Shown: positions 1 to 8,220, counted from the stretch's first letter. The stretch is DNA of 44,600 nt from Chlamydiota bacterium (GCA_030596365.1 JAUVKG010000001.1:1-44600), one strand, 5' to 3'. Made by a program: numbers and translations. The notes: generated by a model not told the origin, from the letters alone.

Positions 1-84
1 AATCTTTTTTACACGAATTGACTGTTTCACTTTATAAGCAATTGTATGTTCACGTCCGCCGCCGCCAATAATTAAGACATTCAT
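1..84 (-). CDS. purD: phosphoribosylamine--glycine ligase, first 28 codons only (gene runs off the left edge)
   Basis: This ORF is absent from the track because it is too short. Reading the minus strand from the ATG at 84..82 gives MNVLIIGGGGREHTIAYKVKQSIRVKKI. The VLIIGGGGREH..YK..QS block matches the conserved PurD N-terminus. Confidence 0.65.
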   Translation of the reverse strand, partial: MNVLIIGGGGREHTIAYKVKQSIRVKKI

Positions 85-173
85 ATTAGTTAATAGTTAA
101 TAGTTAATAGTTAATAGTTAATAGTTAATAGTTAATAGTTATTAGTTAATGGTTAATAGTTATCTGTTAATAG
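85..173. repeat. heptamer array TTAATAG, about 12 units with a few variants
   Basis: The array is read directly from the sequence and starts 1 nt from the purD ATG. The reverse-complement units (CTATTAA) occur at 18505-18545 and 633-644. Confidence 0.95.
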
Positions 174-637
174 CTTGCCCAGCCATAGGCGGGGTTAATT
201 GTCGAAGATCCGCCGAGGCGGAATATCAGTTATATATTTCTTTTGTATACTCTTTTTTATTATACAATAAATGAGAGAAAATATCCATAACATTATGCAG
301 GAGATATCCGATTTTTTTTGTAAGTAGCGTGATATAGGCTGATTTGCGAAATTGGTTGAAGGTGCTTTGAAATTACTGCCCACGGAACATTGGGAATCCG
401 GTGTATGCCCGGACACAGACTACACGGAAATTTTAAATAATAACTATTTAAACCTTAATATTTACGAACGTTTACAATATAAATAAAATTCTTTATCCGT
501 GTAATTCCGTGTTTTCCGTGGGCAATAAAAAAAAATACAACCTGTTCCGAGCACATTATCGCGCATTGAAAAAGGTTTGTTTATATGGTACAATTCAATA
601 ATGATTAACCCCGCCTATGGCTGGGCAAGCTATTAAC
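166..637. mobile_element. 472-bp segment bounded by 34-bp perfect terminal inverted repeats (MITE-like, non-autonomous?)
   Basis: GTTAATAGCTTGCCCAGCCATAGGCGGGGTTAAT (166-199) is the exact reverse complement of 604-637. A nested 11-bp inverted repeat TGCCCACGGAA (377-387) pairs with TTCCGTGGGCA (514-524). No credible transposase is present. Confidence 0.4.
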
Positions 638-679
638 TAATAACGCCACGCGAATCGCGTGGTAAAATTTATACTTAAT

Positions 680-1990
680 ATGAAAAAGATTATTGCTGGA
701 ATTGTATTATTATTTATTGCAGCAGTGCTGATAACACCTCTTTTTGTAGGCATTGCTGCAGAAAAGCAAATTAACAAACAGATTGACAAAATATCACTGG
801 CATCAGATGTTACAATTTCAAACGTTTATAAACGAAATTGGTTTTCATCAAACGCGGAAATATCATTTGATTTGTCGCAAATTCTTTCCGCATACGGTTT
901 ACTCCGGCTTGACACGATGCCTGTTTTTGGAAAGACAATGGTAAAAACACGATCAGAGATCATTCATGGACCGTTTCCTTTAAAACGTTTTTATCCTAAA
1001 CAGCCGTTGACAGTTCCATTACTTGGTGTAACAAAAAATGTAACAAAGATTATTTTCCCCACGAATGTGTTAAATTTCACGCCGACCATAACAACTTATA
1101 CGTCAATCTATCCTAACGGCAGCGGCAGCGGAGCATTTACAATACCAAAGGCAAATTATCAGTTTAGTGATGCGGATAATTTATTAAAGTGCAGTGAAAT
1201 AGATGGTGAGATAAGTTTTTCGTCTGATATGTCGAAATTATTTTTTGTTTTTAACGCTCCAAATATTTTTTTAAAACGTCTTGATAACGAATTTGAAGTT
1301 AACGGTTTGAAATGTTCGTGGCGTAATGATAGAGAAACAGCGGGAATACAATCCGGAGATTTTAAATTAACATTCGACAATATTATCTTCGGTAAAACCA
1401 AAATTAATAATTGCACATTTTCGAATTTCAGAAAAGAGGAAGGGAGCAATTTATTTTTTAACACAAGCATATCAATTAAATCTTTTAAAGATGACAATAC
1501 CGGTTTGGGTCCTGTTAAAATTGAATTATCGGGTGAAAATATTAAAAAGAGCGTTTATAAACAACTAACTTCTTTATTAAGCAATATCAATAACGATTCA
1601 GAAAATCAATTTGCACGTGTTTTGATGATGACACAGATTATAGGATTACTGCCTGAATTACTGTCGGAATCACCTGAAATTAATTTGAAAAAAATTGAAA
1701 TCGGAACTCCCGACGGCAAAGTGTCCATTAATGCGAGCATCAAAGCGGACAAAACGAAATTAATTAATCCGAATGATTTGAAAGAGATCATAAAATCTAT
1801 AACCGCTGGTTTTTCTATGGTAATACCGAATTCCATAGCGGAGAAATACATTTTTAACAATAAAAATCCGCGTTATATCATGCTGCAAAACATGATGATT
1901 GAAGATAGCGTTAATTACACACTGGATTTAGAATATAAAGACTCGCAATTTTTTGTAAACGGGGAACCGTTTTCGCCATCACAAAACTAA
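680..1990 (+). CDS. YdgA/DUF945-family membrane-anchored protein
   Basis: The N-terminal anchor is MKKIIAGIVLLFIAAVLITPLF. The motifs YKRNWFSSNAEISF and IIHGPFPL align with the YHRGVFSS and VDHGPFPL blocks recalled from E. coli YdgA. I prefer the ATG at 680 because the track start at 659 lies inside a hairpin (646-662). Confidence 0.6.
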   Translation: MKKIIAGIVLLFIAAVLITPLFVGIAAEKQINKQIDKISLASDVTISNVYKRNWFSSNAEISFDLSQILSAYGLLRLDTMPVFGKTMVKTRSEIIHGPFPLKRFYPKQPLTVPLLGVTKNVTKIIFPTNVLNFTPTITTYTSIYPNGSGSGAFTIPKANYQFSDADNLLKCSEIDGEISFSSDMSKLFFVFNAPNIFLKRLDNEFEVNGLKCSWRNDRETAGIQSGDFKLTFDNIIFGKTKINNCTFSNFRKEEGSNLFFNTSISIKSFKDDNTGLGPVKIELSGENIKKSVYKQLTSLLSNINNDSENQFARVLMMTQIIGLLPELLSESPEINLKKIEIGTPDGKVSINASIKADKTKLINPNDLKEIIKSITAGFSMVIPNSIAEKYIFNNKNPRYIMLQNMMIEDSVNYTLDLEYKDSQFFVNGEPFSPSQN

Positions 1991-2196
1991 AAAGATTTTT
2001 ACAATAAAAATTGAAAAAGTTCGTCATAAGCATAATGTAAAAAATAATTATTGAACGGTAAGAAAATGAATTAAGAATAGCCACGAAGACACAAAGGCTC
2101 AAAGAAGAAAAATATTACAAAATCATTAAAAGGAAATTTTTAAAAGTGCGTAGTCAAGTAGTGAGTGGTTTGTCCGACTTTTGACCTTTAGACCTT

Positions 2197-2227
2197 GAAC
2201 GTGAGTACAGCGTTACTTCGTTAGGAC
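2197..2227. repeat. copy of the GAACG..AGCGTTACTTCGTTAGGAC element
   Basis: See the entry for 15939-15965. Here the copy is preceded by the GACTTTTGACCTTTAGACCTT short tandem repeat. Confidence 0.8.
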
Positions 2228-2327
2228 TTTCGACTAATAAATTAACTTAGTGTCTTAGAGTCTTAGTGGCGATAATTAAAAATATATTTGTCAAAATAAT
2301 TAATGTCAAAATGATAAGAAAAATTAT

Positions 2328-4667
2328 ATGAAAAAAGTATTAATAAGCTTATTGGTTTTATTCTCAGGTATGGCTTGCGCAATGAGTATTACAAATGACT
2401 ATGCAGGGATGAAAGTCATTTATAGCGGGGTTCGAGGGCAAATGAAGATCTACAACTCTCTTGCAAATAACAGATGGAACATAGAACTTACCGATTTGCC
2501 GGATCCATCCATAGTTACCGGAGAATCAAAAAGTCGATTGCTGATAAAAAAGAAATTTAATGACCCTAATACAGTTATGATTGAAAGCATAACAGCTGAC
2601 GGGCCGATGCAAAGTATAACAGTAAATTTTCCGCCGGGAAATCGTAAGGCCTGCTTCGTTAGAAATATTGCTGTTAATGGTTTTGTAAATAATATTAAAA
2701 TTACGGGAGGGGATTTGGGGGATTTTGAAGGTCCGGACGGGATAGTTTACATTAAAGGTGATGTAGGCACGCTTAAAGTTGACGGTAAAAAATATAATGT
2801 TAAAAATTCAAAAGAAAGTCAGTTCTGGGGCGGAAATATTTGGGCGGATATTATTGTTACCGGCGGAGTAAAAAAATTACAGGTTAAAGGCGGAAATATT
2901 CATTATGATAATAACGGCGGCTCTTTTGGTAAACTTTCATTCGGTGGATATGTGAATCTGATCGCCGCCGATGGCGTTACAGTAAAAACCGACCGTGCAG
3001 ATAAGTACAGCAAAGTAATTTTTGGAGGAGGAATCAATTCAGAGATTAACGGACACGATTATCAAATAAAACAAATCAGAGCTAAAGGCGGAACGATTTC
3101 GTCCAGCGATATTAAATGCAGGCAAATTAAAAAGCTGACTGTTCTCGGTCAGAAAGCGGAAAATCCGCAGCCGATTATTCCTGAAGGCGATCAGGGAATT
3201 ATAGATACTTATGTCAGAACAACGGCTGATACAAACTCTAATTTATGCAGTCTTGATAAGGTTCTGGTAAAGAACGGACAGGTTAAAAACAGCCTTTTTG
3301 CCGTAAAAGGTGACGCGAAAAGCATCACACTGAACGGAGAAATTTCAAGCATAAAAGGGAATGTTGAAAATACAGTTGTTCGCGCGGGATTTGACGGTAG
3401 TTTAAATTATAACAATCCACCAAACATTACACCGCAAAGTTTTATAACTACAATCTTTGCCAATACCGAATTGGTAATCCCTTTTATAGTAGCTACAGAA
3501 GATTTATCAGAAGAATTGACTGTTTCAATTCGTCAACGCGGTGCGGCAATTGACGCGGTAATTTCTAATTACAACGGTCAAACTTTCAGTGGAACAAACA
3601 GATGGAATATTAACAAACCAATTGAAGCCGGTATGTTTGTATGGACCGGTTCTCCATTAGCCGCGGGAAAAAACTCAAATATTATTGTACGTGTTCGTGA
3701 TAATTCCGTACCTAATTTATATGCAGATATGATGTTGACAATTAACGTTTTTACAAATAACGCGTTGCCGGAAATTTTTCTATATCCGGATGACTCAACA
3801 CGTTTATACAGTCTTGAAGACGTCAATGATCTTTCCTGGACAGTTACTGTTTATGATGTTAATTATGAGGAAGAACTGACACTTTCTCACAGCGGACTTG
3901 ACATTGAAATAGATCAACTTGATAATTGGATTTACTACGCCCGTGCAATTAATCCAACAGTTGGCTGGTATTCAAACGTTACTTTCACAGTTACTGACAG
4001 TGAAGGTCTTCAAAACCACGCAATTATAGATGTTATTGTATTAAGTAATAACCCTCCGGCAGTAACCACTTCATTATCTAATAATACTGTTGTTTGTGCT
4101 GTGAGTAATCTGCTCGATTTTCAGATTATCGGGCAAGTGGCTAATCCGGACACGCTGACATTTGTCCGTCCACTTACTATGCCTTCAGTAATTGAATACA
4201 CCAATGCTGTTTTTAACAATGTAGTTATTGCAAGCAATAGTTTTCAATGGATACCGTCGGCAAATAATGTTGGAAGCTCGACATGGACTTTTTTGGTTTA
4301 TAACAGCGGCATTGTGCAATCCGCAGGAAAAATTTCTATTACTGTTATAGTAACAAATGGTGTGAATTCTGTTTTGGCACCTCAAAATGATGTTACAGAT
4401 ATAATCGGATATTATGAAGGAAATATAAATAAAATTTCTATCGCAGGGAATTCTTCATATTCTGACTTTATTGCCGGAACACATGACTACACTCCGGGCG
4501 ATTGGCAAAACGCTAATTACATTGGAGTATTAAAGAGCTTAAAAATTAATGGCATTGCCATAAGTAATATTTTCACATCAAGAAAAAAAATAAATATCAA
4601 CAAACGTGATGATTTTGATTTTGATGAAAATGATGTGTGGATTAGCGGGACGAAAGATGTGAATTGA
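2328..4667 (+). CDS. large secreted protein with an N-terminal GG-repeat (beta-helix-like) region and C-terminal cadherin/Ig-like repeats; function unknown
   Basis: The signal peptide is MKKVLISLLVLFSGMACA. Repeated motifs of the xxGGxI type occur (ITGGDLG, VTGGVKK, VKGGNIH, AKGGTIS). The C-terminal half has about 100-aa beta-rich repeats separated by NNPP/NNALP linkers. The N-terminal region resembles ORF 39153-40286. Confidence 0.6.
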   Translation: MKKVLISLLVLFSGMACAMSITNDYAGMKVIYSGVRGQMKIYNSLANNRWNIELTDLPDPSIVTGESKSRLLIKKKFNDPNTVMIESITADGPMQSITVNFPPGNRKACFVRNIAVNGFVNNIKITGGDLGDFEGPDGIVYIKGDVGTLKVDGKKYNVKNSKESQFWGGNIWADIIVTGGVKKLQVKGGNIHYDNNGGSFGKLSFGGYVNLIAADGVTVKTDRADKYSKVIFGGGINSEINGHDYQIKQIRAKGGTISSSDIKCRQIKKLTVLGQKAENPQPIIPEGDQGIIDTYVRTTADTNSNLCSLDKVLVKNGQVKNSLFAVKGDAKSITLNGEISSIKGNVENTVVRAGFDGSLNYNNPPNITPQSFITTIFANTELVIPFIVATEDLSEELTVSIRQRGAAIDAVISNYNGQTFSGTNRWNINKPIEAGMFVWTGSPLAAGKNSNIIVRVRDNSVPNLYADMMLTINVFTNNALPEIFLYPDDSTRLYSLEDVNDLSWTVTVYDVNYEEELTLSHSGLDIEIDQLDNWIYYARAINPTVGWYSNVTFTVTDSEGLQNHAIIDVIVLSNNPPAVTTSLSNNTVVCAVSNLLDFQIIGQVANPDTLTFVRPLTMPSVIEYTNAVFNNVVIASNSFQWIPSANNVGSSTWTFLVYNSGIVQSAGKISITVIVTNGVNSVLAPQNDVTDIIGYYEGNINKISIAGNSSYSDFIAGTHDYTPGDWQNANYIGVLKSLKINGIAISNIFTSRKKININKRDDFDFDENDVWISGTKDVN

Positions 4668-4668
4668 G

Positions 4669-4693
4669 AGTAAGCCGCGCTTCCCAGCGCGAG
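4669..4693 (+). repeat. stop-codon-abutting hairpin element AGTAAGCCGCGCTTCCCAGCGCGAG
   Basis: The hairpin is CGCGCT-TCCC-AGCGCG and begins 1 nt after the TGA at 4665-4667. A near-identical copy lies at 44429-44453. Confidence 0.85.
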
Positions 4694-4790
4694 CAGTGAG
4701 TAGCGAGTAGTGAGTAGTGAGTAGTGAGTAGTGAGTAGTGAGTAGTGAGTAGTGAGTAGTGAGTAGTGAGTGATGGAGTGATGGAGTGAT
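4693..4790. repeat. heptamer array GTGAGTA (about 11 units) followed by octamer GTGATGGA (about 3 units)
   Basis: The arrays are read directly from the sequence. Confidence 0.95.
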
Positions 4791-4958
4791 AGTTTGTTGG
4801 AGTTCCTCGCTTTAGCGTATGATTTGATTATCAGCATGTTGGACACAATCAAGTATTTTACATAATTCACAAAAAATATTGTGCTTGGATTTGCGACTTA
4901 ACTTTGCGAGCTTCGCGCCTTGGCGAGAGTAAAAATGGGTGAGATGAATGTGCGACAC

Positions 4959-5003
4959 TCGTCCCATATGTTCTATTTGTCCTATCTGTCCCATACGTCC
5001 CAA
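4959..5003. repeat. degenerate 9-nt array (GTCCCATAT/GTCCTATCT ...), reverse complement of the GGACA family
   Basis: The sequence reads TCGTCCCATATGTTCTATTTGTCCTATCTGTCCCATACGTCCCAA and lies next to the apbE stop codon. Confidence 0.75.
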
Positions 5004-5009
5004 ACTTCC

Positions 5010-6020
5010 TCACTCAAAAAAACCTTTTGATTGATGAAAGCGGAAATTTTTGCTTCCCTTTGCCGGCCGCTCAATAATAAAACATTCTACATCGGGAATT
5101 GTGCTGGCAAGTTGGAGCGCATTGGCAGGTGTTAAAGTGAAAAAAGCGGTTGCCCACGCATCGGCTTCAGCGCAGGTCGGCGCGGTAACTGTAACACTTA
5201 GGACTGTTGTTTTTACCGGCACGCCGGTATTTGGATTTATAATATGTGAATATGTGTTTGTCCCCTCTTTAAAATAATTTCTATAGTTCCCTGAAGTAGC
5301 AACTGCTTTATTTTTAACTTTCAGAATATCATTTTCTATAATATCTTTTGCAGCTACATTTTCCCGTGGAGTTTGAATTCCAACATGCCATACTTTCTCA
5401 CCGGAAGATGATGTTCTTATATCGCCACCCGCGTTGATAAGAAAATCAGAAAATCCGCAGCTCAATAATATTTCCACAGCTGCATCAACTGCAACGCCTT
5501 TAGCGACTGAGCTTAAATCGATATCCAGATTAGCTACAGTTGTGCTAACGGAATGTTTATCATATAAGACTATAAATTTATCTGAGCCAACTTTAATTTT
5601 TGCGATTTTTATTTCAATATCTGATGGCACTTTTTTTGAATTATTGTTCCCGAAACCCCATAATTCAACCAGCGGAGCGATTGTAACGTCATATTTCCCG
5701 TCAGTTTTTTCTGATATTTTTTTCGCTATAGTCAAGCATTTCAAAGTATAATCGGAAATTTTTATTATTTCATTTTGTCCGCCATTTTTAATTTTCGAAA
5801 TGTCACTAGCAGAAATAAATTTGCTCGTATTTGTTTCCACTTCACCAATAGCGTCAAATGCTTTATTAACGGCCTGTTGAACTTTTTTCTTATCATTCGC
5901 AATCACCTGTATTTCGACAAAGGTATGCATATACGATCTCTGCTCAGCGAATTTTTTATTTTCATTTTTCGAGCACGAGGAAATAAGAATAATTAAAATT
6001 ATAAAAACAATTTTGTTCAT
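5010..6020 (-). CDS. apbE: FAD:protein FMN transferase (ApbE family) lipoprotein
   Basis: A lipobox-like signal IILISSCS is present. ApbE hallmarks are present: AKG.AVD, INAGGD, ATSGNYRNYF and HIINPNTG. Confidence 0.85.
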   Translation of the reverse strand: MNKIVFIILIILISSCSKNENKKFAEQRSYMHTFVEIQVIANDKKKVQQAVNKAFDAIGEVETNTSKFISASDISKIKNGGQNEIIKISDYTLKCLTIAKKISEKTDGKYDVTIAPLVELWGFGNNNSKKVPSDIEIKIAKIKVGSDKFIVLYDKHSVSTTVANLDIDLSSVAKGVAVDAAVEILLSCGFSDFLINAGGDIRTSSSGEKVWHVGIQTPRENVAAKDIIENDILKVKNKAVATSGNYRNYFKEGTNTYSHIINPNTGVPVKTTVLSVTVTAPTCAEADAWATAFFTLTPANALQLASTIPDVECFIIERPAKGSKNFRFHQSKGFFE

Positions 6021-6401
6021 TGTAAATACTATAAATAATTACTTAACAAAAGTCAATTGCCTCACTATTCAGAACAACATGTTTTTTGCTCTGTGTAAAA
6101 ACGAGTGAGTATTAACCTAAGCATGTGCGTGACATAGCAAAATCATTAAGAAAATGGAAAATGATTTTTTTCATATCCTTCGTAGTTAAAGAAATTGAGT
6201 TATAAAGAATTAGACAGAATCATTTAGTGACAGAATCATTGATAACAGCAATAAAAAAACGATTTGGTGATTGGGTGATTGAAAATCATATCAATCATAT
6301 CAATCTTTCAATAATTGCCCCGGCACAGCCCCCGGGAAAAACATTTAAAGCGAACGAAAATCCTTTTACCCATAAATTTGTTCAGCAGAACAAATTTCCT
6401 C

Positions 6402-6441
6402 AGCTGTGCCTGTAACATGCTACCCCCGGCACAGCTTTTTT
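6402..6441 (+). terminator. intrinsic-terminator-like hairpin with a T-run in the GH5 upstream region
   Basis: AGCTGTGCC (6402-6410) pairs with GGCACAGCT (6428-6436) across a 17-nt loop, followed directly by TTTTTT (6436-6441). A second GGCACAGC copy at 6322-6329 could pair alternatively with the 5' arm. Confidence 0.45.
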
Positions 6442-6449
6442 GGTATAAT
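6441..6449 (+). promoter_or_regulatory. extended -10 promoter element (TGGTATAAT) 6 nt upstream of the GH5 ATG
   Basis: An exact TGnTATAAT lies at 6441-6449 and the ATG is at 6456, with no Shine-Dalgarno sequence between them. The identical nonamer occurs at 40870-40878. Confidence 0.4.
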
Positions 6450-6455
6450 ATTAAC

Positions 6456-7730
6456 ATGAATATAAAATTTTATGTTTTTTTATTCCTGCTGTGCGGAAAT
6501 CTTTTTTCTTATCCTCTTTGGTTACACACCAGTAACACACAAATCACCAACACAAAAGGCGAAGTTGTTCTGCTGCGCGGTGTGAATTTTGGTTCGTGGC
6601 TTCTCAATGAGTTATGGATGACAGATTTTCAACCGCGAGGGTCAAATTTAACCTGCGATTTGGATATCCGGATTATTCTCAGCAAAAGATTTGGAAAAAA
6701 GAAAGCCAAACAACTTTTAGAGATTTATCAACACTCATACATTAATGAGCAAGATTTTGATAACGTAAAAAAACTAGGTTTTAACTGTATCAGAATACCT
6801 TTCTTTTATAAAATTCTTGAAGATGATGATAAACCAGGTGTTTATAAAAAAAGCGGTTGGGATTTATTGGATTTCGCGGTATCAAATTGCGCAGCGAGAA
6901 ATATTTACTGCATTATCGATTTGCATGGAACACCGGGAGGTCAGAGTGCTGATCACACAACCGGTCAAACCGGTTTAAACAAATTATTTTGGGAGAGAAA
7001 GTTTCAGGACAGAACTGTTAAAATGTGGAAAGCAATTACACAAAGATATAAAAATGAACCTGCTGTTGCAGGTTACGATCTGATAAATGAACCTTATGGA
7101 GCGCCGACAAAAGATTCTTTGTTGAAATTATATTCCCGATTATATAAAGCGATTCGTGCTATTGATAAAAAGCATATAATTTTTCTTGCTGACCGCGGAC
7201 CGTGGCACGGCGGTCTCAATGAATTTCCGGTATTAAAAAAAGGCAGACACCCCATTCCGGCGACTATTTCCAATATGCCGGGTACAAGGCTTGATTTAGT
7301 CGCCGGAATTGGGGATTGGGAGAATGTTGTCTATCAGACTCACATATATGATTTTAAGGATTGGGGAGTTAAAGCGCACAAAAAACTAATTGATGATTTT
7401 GCGAAAGAAGAAATTGGCAAAAGAAAAAACGTACCGGTTCTAATCGGTGAATTTCACCCCTGGGGAGATAATAAAGTATGGGAAATGTATTTTAAGAAGT
7501 TTAATTCAAACAATTGGAATTGGACATTATGGACATACAAATGCAGCAGTAAAGCCGGTGACTGGGGAATTTACAGAACGAGTGTTACGCCAAATATTCT
7601 AAAAGATTCTTATAATGAACTTTCAAACAAATTCACACGCTACTCCACCGATTTCGCCACAACAGATAAAAAACAAATTGACGTGTTGAAAAGCGGGGCA
7701 CGTTTATCAATTATTAAACAGAATCATTAA
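6456..7730 (+). CDS. glycoside hydrolase family 5 (cellulase/beta-glucanase-like), secreted
   Basis: From the ATG at 6456 the protein begins with a signal peptide, MNIKFYVFLFLLCGNLFS. GH5 motifs are present: GVNFGSWLLNELWM, IIDLHGTPGGQS, DLINEP (acid/base) and LIGEFHPW (nucleophile). The track start at 6315 would add 47 aa translated from repeat and hairpin DNA. Confidence 0.8.
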   Translation: MNIKFYVFLFLLCGNLFSYPLWLHTSNTQITNTKGEVVLLRGVNFGSWLLNELWMTDFQPRGSNLTCDLDIRIILSKRFGKKKAKQLLEIYQHSYINEQDFDNVKKLGFNCIRIPFFYKILEDDDKPGVYKKSGWDLLDFAVSNCAARNIYCIIDLHGTPGGQSADHTTGQTGLNKLFWERKFQDRTVKMWKAITQRYKNEPAVAGYDLINEPYGAPTKDSLLKLYSRLYKAIRAIDKKHIIFLADRGPWHGGLNEFPVLKKGRHPIPATISNMPGTRLDLVAGIGDWENVVYQTHIYDFKDWGVKAHKKLIDDFAKEEIGKRKNVPVLIGEFHPWGDNKVWEMYFKKFNSNNWNWTLWTYKCSSKAGDWGIYRTSVTPNILKDSYNELSNKFTRYSTDFATTDKKQIDVLKSGARLSIIKQNH

Positions 7731-7899
7731 CAGCAGTTCACGTATAAAATTAAAAGTCAAAATAATGTAAGTCAAAACGATAAAACCACAAGATAAAATA
7801 AACCAACAATTATTGGTAATTTGAATTTTCGACTTTTACTGAAAAAAATTTTTTTGCTCATTAAAGCTGCATTTATAATCAAGAAAAACATTTAGTAAC

Positions 7900-8220
7900 T
7901 TAAGCCGTTACAGTAAAATCATCATGGTTTACCATTTCAACCATTTGCTCACCGTTTTTGCAAAAAGAAGCCGTCATTTCACCTTTGATATCAGAAAAAA
8001 CAGCTTTGGCAGGGTTAATACTTTCAATATTTATATCAGGACCACATTTGGCTGATAATGTCAAATTAGTAACATTGGCATCAGATACATTTGGCCGCTC
8101 AACGTTCCAGCTTCCATCATCATTCATTGATAATTCGGTACAAATATAATTATTTGTTGTAGCAATAGCACTACTGATGATCAGGCAAATTATCAAAGTT
8201 TGTTTTATTAAATTGTTCAT
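7900..8220 (-). CDS. small secreted protein, function unknown
   Basis: The ORF encodes 106 aa with a signal peptide (MNNLIKQTLIICLIISSAIA). It is the last gene of the co-directional ECF sigma operon. Confidence 0.5.
   Translation of the reverse strand: MNNLIKQTLIICLIISSAIATTNNYICTELSMNDDGSWNVERPNVSDANVTNLTLSAKCGPDINIESINPAKAVFSDIKGEMTASFCKNGEQMVEMVNHDDFTVTA

Noticed and set aside
195-416. The 73-aa minus-strand ORF inside the element bounded by terminal inverted repeats.
   Set aside because: It shows no recognisable motif and has a low-complexity, AT-driven composition. It is far too small for a transposase and is probably non-coding.
4517-5003. The minus-strand ORFs 4517-4870 (HYSLLTTHYSLLTT...) and 4812-5003 (MGRMGQIGQIEHMGRV...).
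   Set aside because: Both are translations of the GTGAGTA/GTGATGGA and GTCCCAT tandem arrays in a convergent spacer. They show periodic low-complexity sequence, lack a start context, and overlap the end of the 779-aa gene.
6227-6455. ORF 6227-6415 (62 aa, GTG start) and the 47-aa extension of GH5 from 6315.
   Set aside because: Both cover tandem repeats (GGTGATTG x2, AATCATATC x2) and the terminator-like hairpin. The GH5 signal peptide starts at the ATG at 6456. A genuine small protein cannot be fully excluded, but nothing supports one.
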